In this document: positions 63,210-64,000 of the stretch, one piece after another
Layout: each line of letters starts with the position of its first letter
How positions within the stretch are numbered: the first letter of the stretch is position 1
Source: Clostridia bacterium
GTDB lineage: Bacteria > Bacillota > Clostridia > Oscillospirales > CAG-272
Reading direction: 5' to 3'
NCBI GenBank assembly: GCA_017623355.1
Contig: JAGAPG010000030.1
Location: forward strand, 24,278-88,277
Length of the DNA stretch: 64,000 bases
Notes under the pieces: model-generated
Told to the model about the DNA's origin: nothing
Database searches by the model: none
What the model saw: only the letters and a program-made list of their open reading frames with translations
Made by a program: the position numbers and the translations under genes

Positions 63210-63644
63210 ATGCTTAAATTTATGAAAAGCCTTAACAATATAAGCCGAAGCCAGGCAAATTTCAGATCTGCACGTATAAGCTGCGACGGAATTTGCGCAA
63301 CGCATCATGCGTTTGTTTTAGCGATATGCAAATCTCCCGGACGCTCACAGGAGGAGCTCGCTCAGGAGCTTTGTCTTAATAAAAGCACAGTAACAAGGGC
63401 GCTTGCGCATCTTGAGGAAAGCGGATATATTAGTCGCTCTCAATCAAAGGAGGACAAGCGTCAATGCTTTGTTTTCCCAACAGAAAAAATGCTTGATATA
63501 TTACCTCAAATAAAAGAGGTCTCGCGTGAATGGAATATTCTTATATCTCAGGACATACCGCAAAATGAGCTTGAAATATTTTATTCGGTGCTTAGCAGAA
63601 TGGAAGCACGGGCTAAGCAAATAAACGCACAAGAGGAAAAATAA
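63210..63644 (+). CDS. MarR-family transcriptional regulator
   Basis: 144 aa. wHTH region SQEELAQELCLNKSTVTRALAHLEESGYISR...DKR. Confidence 0.85.
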   Translation: MLKFMKSLNNISRSQANFRSARISCDGICATHHAFVLAICKSPGRSQEELAQELCLNKSTVTRALAHLEESGYISRSQSKEDKRQCFVFPTEKMLDILPQIKEVSREWNILISQDIPQNELEIFYSVLSRMEARAKQINAQEEK

Positions 63645-64000
63645 ATGAGATGGATATTTTCATATTTGAAGCCACAAAGAAAAAGGATGAGTATCGGCTT
63701 CGTTATAAAGGTAATAGGCACTCTTGCCGAGCTTTTTATACCTATGATACTTACCTATATTCTTGAAGAGGTAATAAAAACTCAAAATATCAGTAAGATA
63801 ATACTTTTTGGAGTATTAATGGCATTTTGCGCCGTTGTTGCCAGCCTTGGAAATATAATAGCGAACCGAATGGCAGCAAGGGTTACTATGATATTTTCTT
63901 CTCAAATGAGAAGAGATCTGTTTTCAAAAACACTAATGCTTTCGGCAAGATCAACCGATGCATTTACAGTTCCATCGCTTGAATCCCGTATAACCTCGGA
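63645..64000 (+). CDS. ABC transporter permease/ATP-binding protein, 5-prime partial (runs off the window)
   Basis: Not in the ORF track because it has no stop. MRWIFSYLKPQRKRMSIGFVIKVIGTLAELFIPMIL is a typical ABC exporter TMD start. The ATG directly follows the marR stop codon (TAA 63642-63644). Confidence 0.75.
   Translation, partial: MRWIFSYLKPQRKRMSIGFVIKVIGTLAELFIPMILTYILEEVIKTQNISKIILFGVLMAFCAVVASLGNIIANRMAARVTMIFSSQMRRDLFSKTLMLSARSTDAFTVPSLESRITS

Noticed and set aside
1-64000. Search for a prophage, transposon, integron or defence island (integrase, transposase, RT, toxin-antitoxin, restriction genes)
   Set aside because: No ORF shows the corresponding motifs. Apart from the small intergenic repeats, the window reads as core chromosome with a few lineage-specific envelope genes.

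Overview
This looks like a chromosomal segment of a low-GC Firmicute, probably Clostridia, judged from the AddAB recombinase, sigma-A type TTGACA/TATAAT promoters, AGGAG ribosome-binding sites and hairpin plus T-run terminators. I support about 47 protein genes and found no rRNA, tRNA, CRISPR array, transposase, integrase or prophage genes. From left to right: an unknown 351-aa protein; an SGNH hydrolase gene bracketed by two copies of an ~83-nt intergenic repeat; a tight hydrolase operon (GNAT, a nitrilase-superfamily/GDPD fusion, NIF3, a GH78-like enzyme, an MBL-fold protein, a metallophosphoesterase); a zinc-ribbon membrane protein; ygiQ; the rpmH-rnpA-yidD-yidC-jag cluster, with rpmH missing from the ORF track and no dnaA nearby; convergent tadA plus a partnerless type IIA topoisomerase B subunit; gtrA, a queG-like gene, addB and addA; a polytopic membrane protein; a WYL regulator coupled to copA; two paralogous Cys-rich lipoproteins; a five-gene envelope module; then housekeeping genes (holA, cysE/epsC-like, rmuC, rbfA, nrnA, truB, a MATE pump, an EF-G paralog, a Na/Pi-PhoU transporter, a GT-C-like membrane protein, an SASA esterase, marR, and a partial ABC gene). 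The best candidate for an undescribed system is 36257-46742. It encodes a 967-aa membrane-anchored, extremely acidic coiled-coil protein (DUF4175-like by eye), a MoxR AAA+ ATPase with an unusual N-terminal 7 x 17-aa PEVK-like tandem repeat, a DUF58 protein, and two BatA_N/VWA membrane proteins. Upstream lies a structured 550-bp region with an orphan promoter, a long hairpin and a perfect 18-bp inverted repeat carrying three TGTGGAAAT motifs. A diverged copy of that element sits upstream of the neighbouring lipoprotein operon. All family assignments come from motif recognition by eye and were not confirmed by any search.
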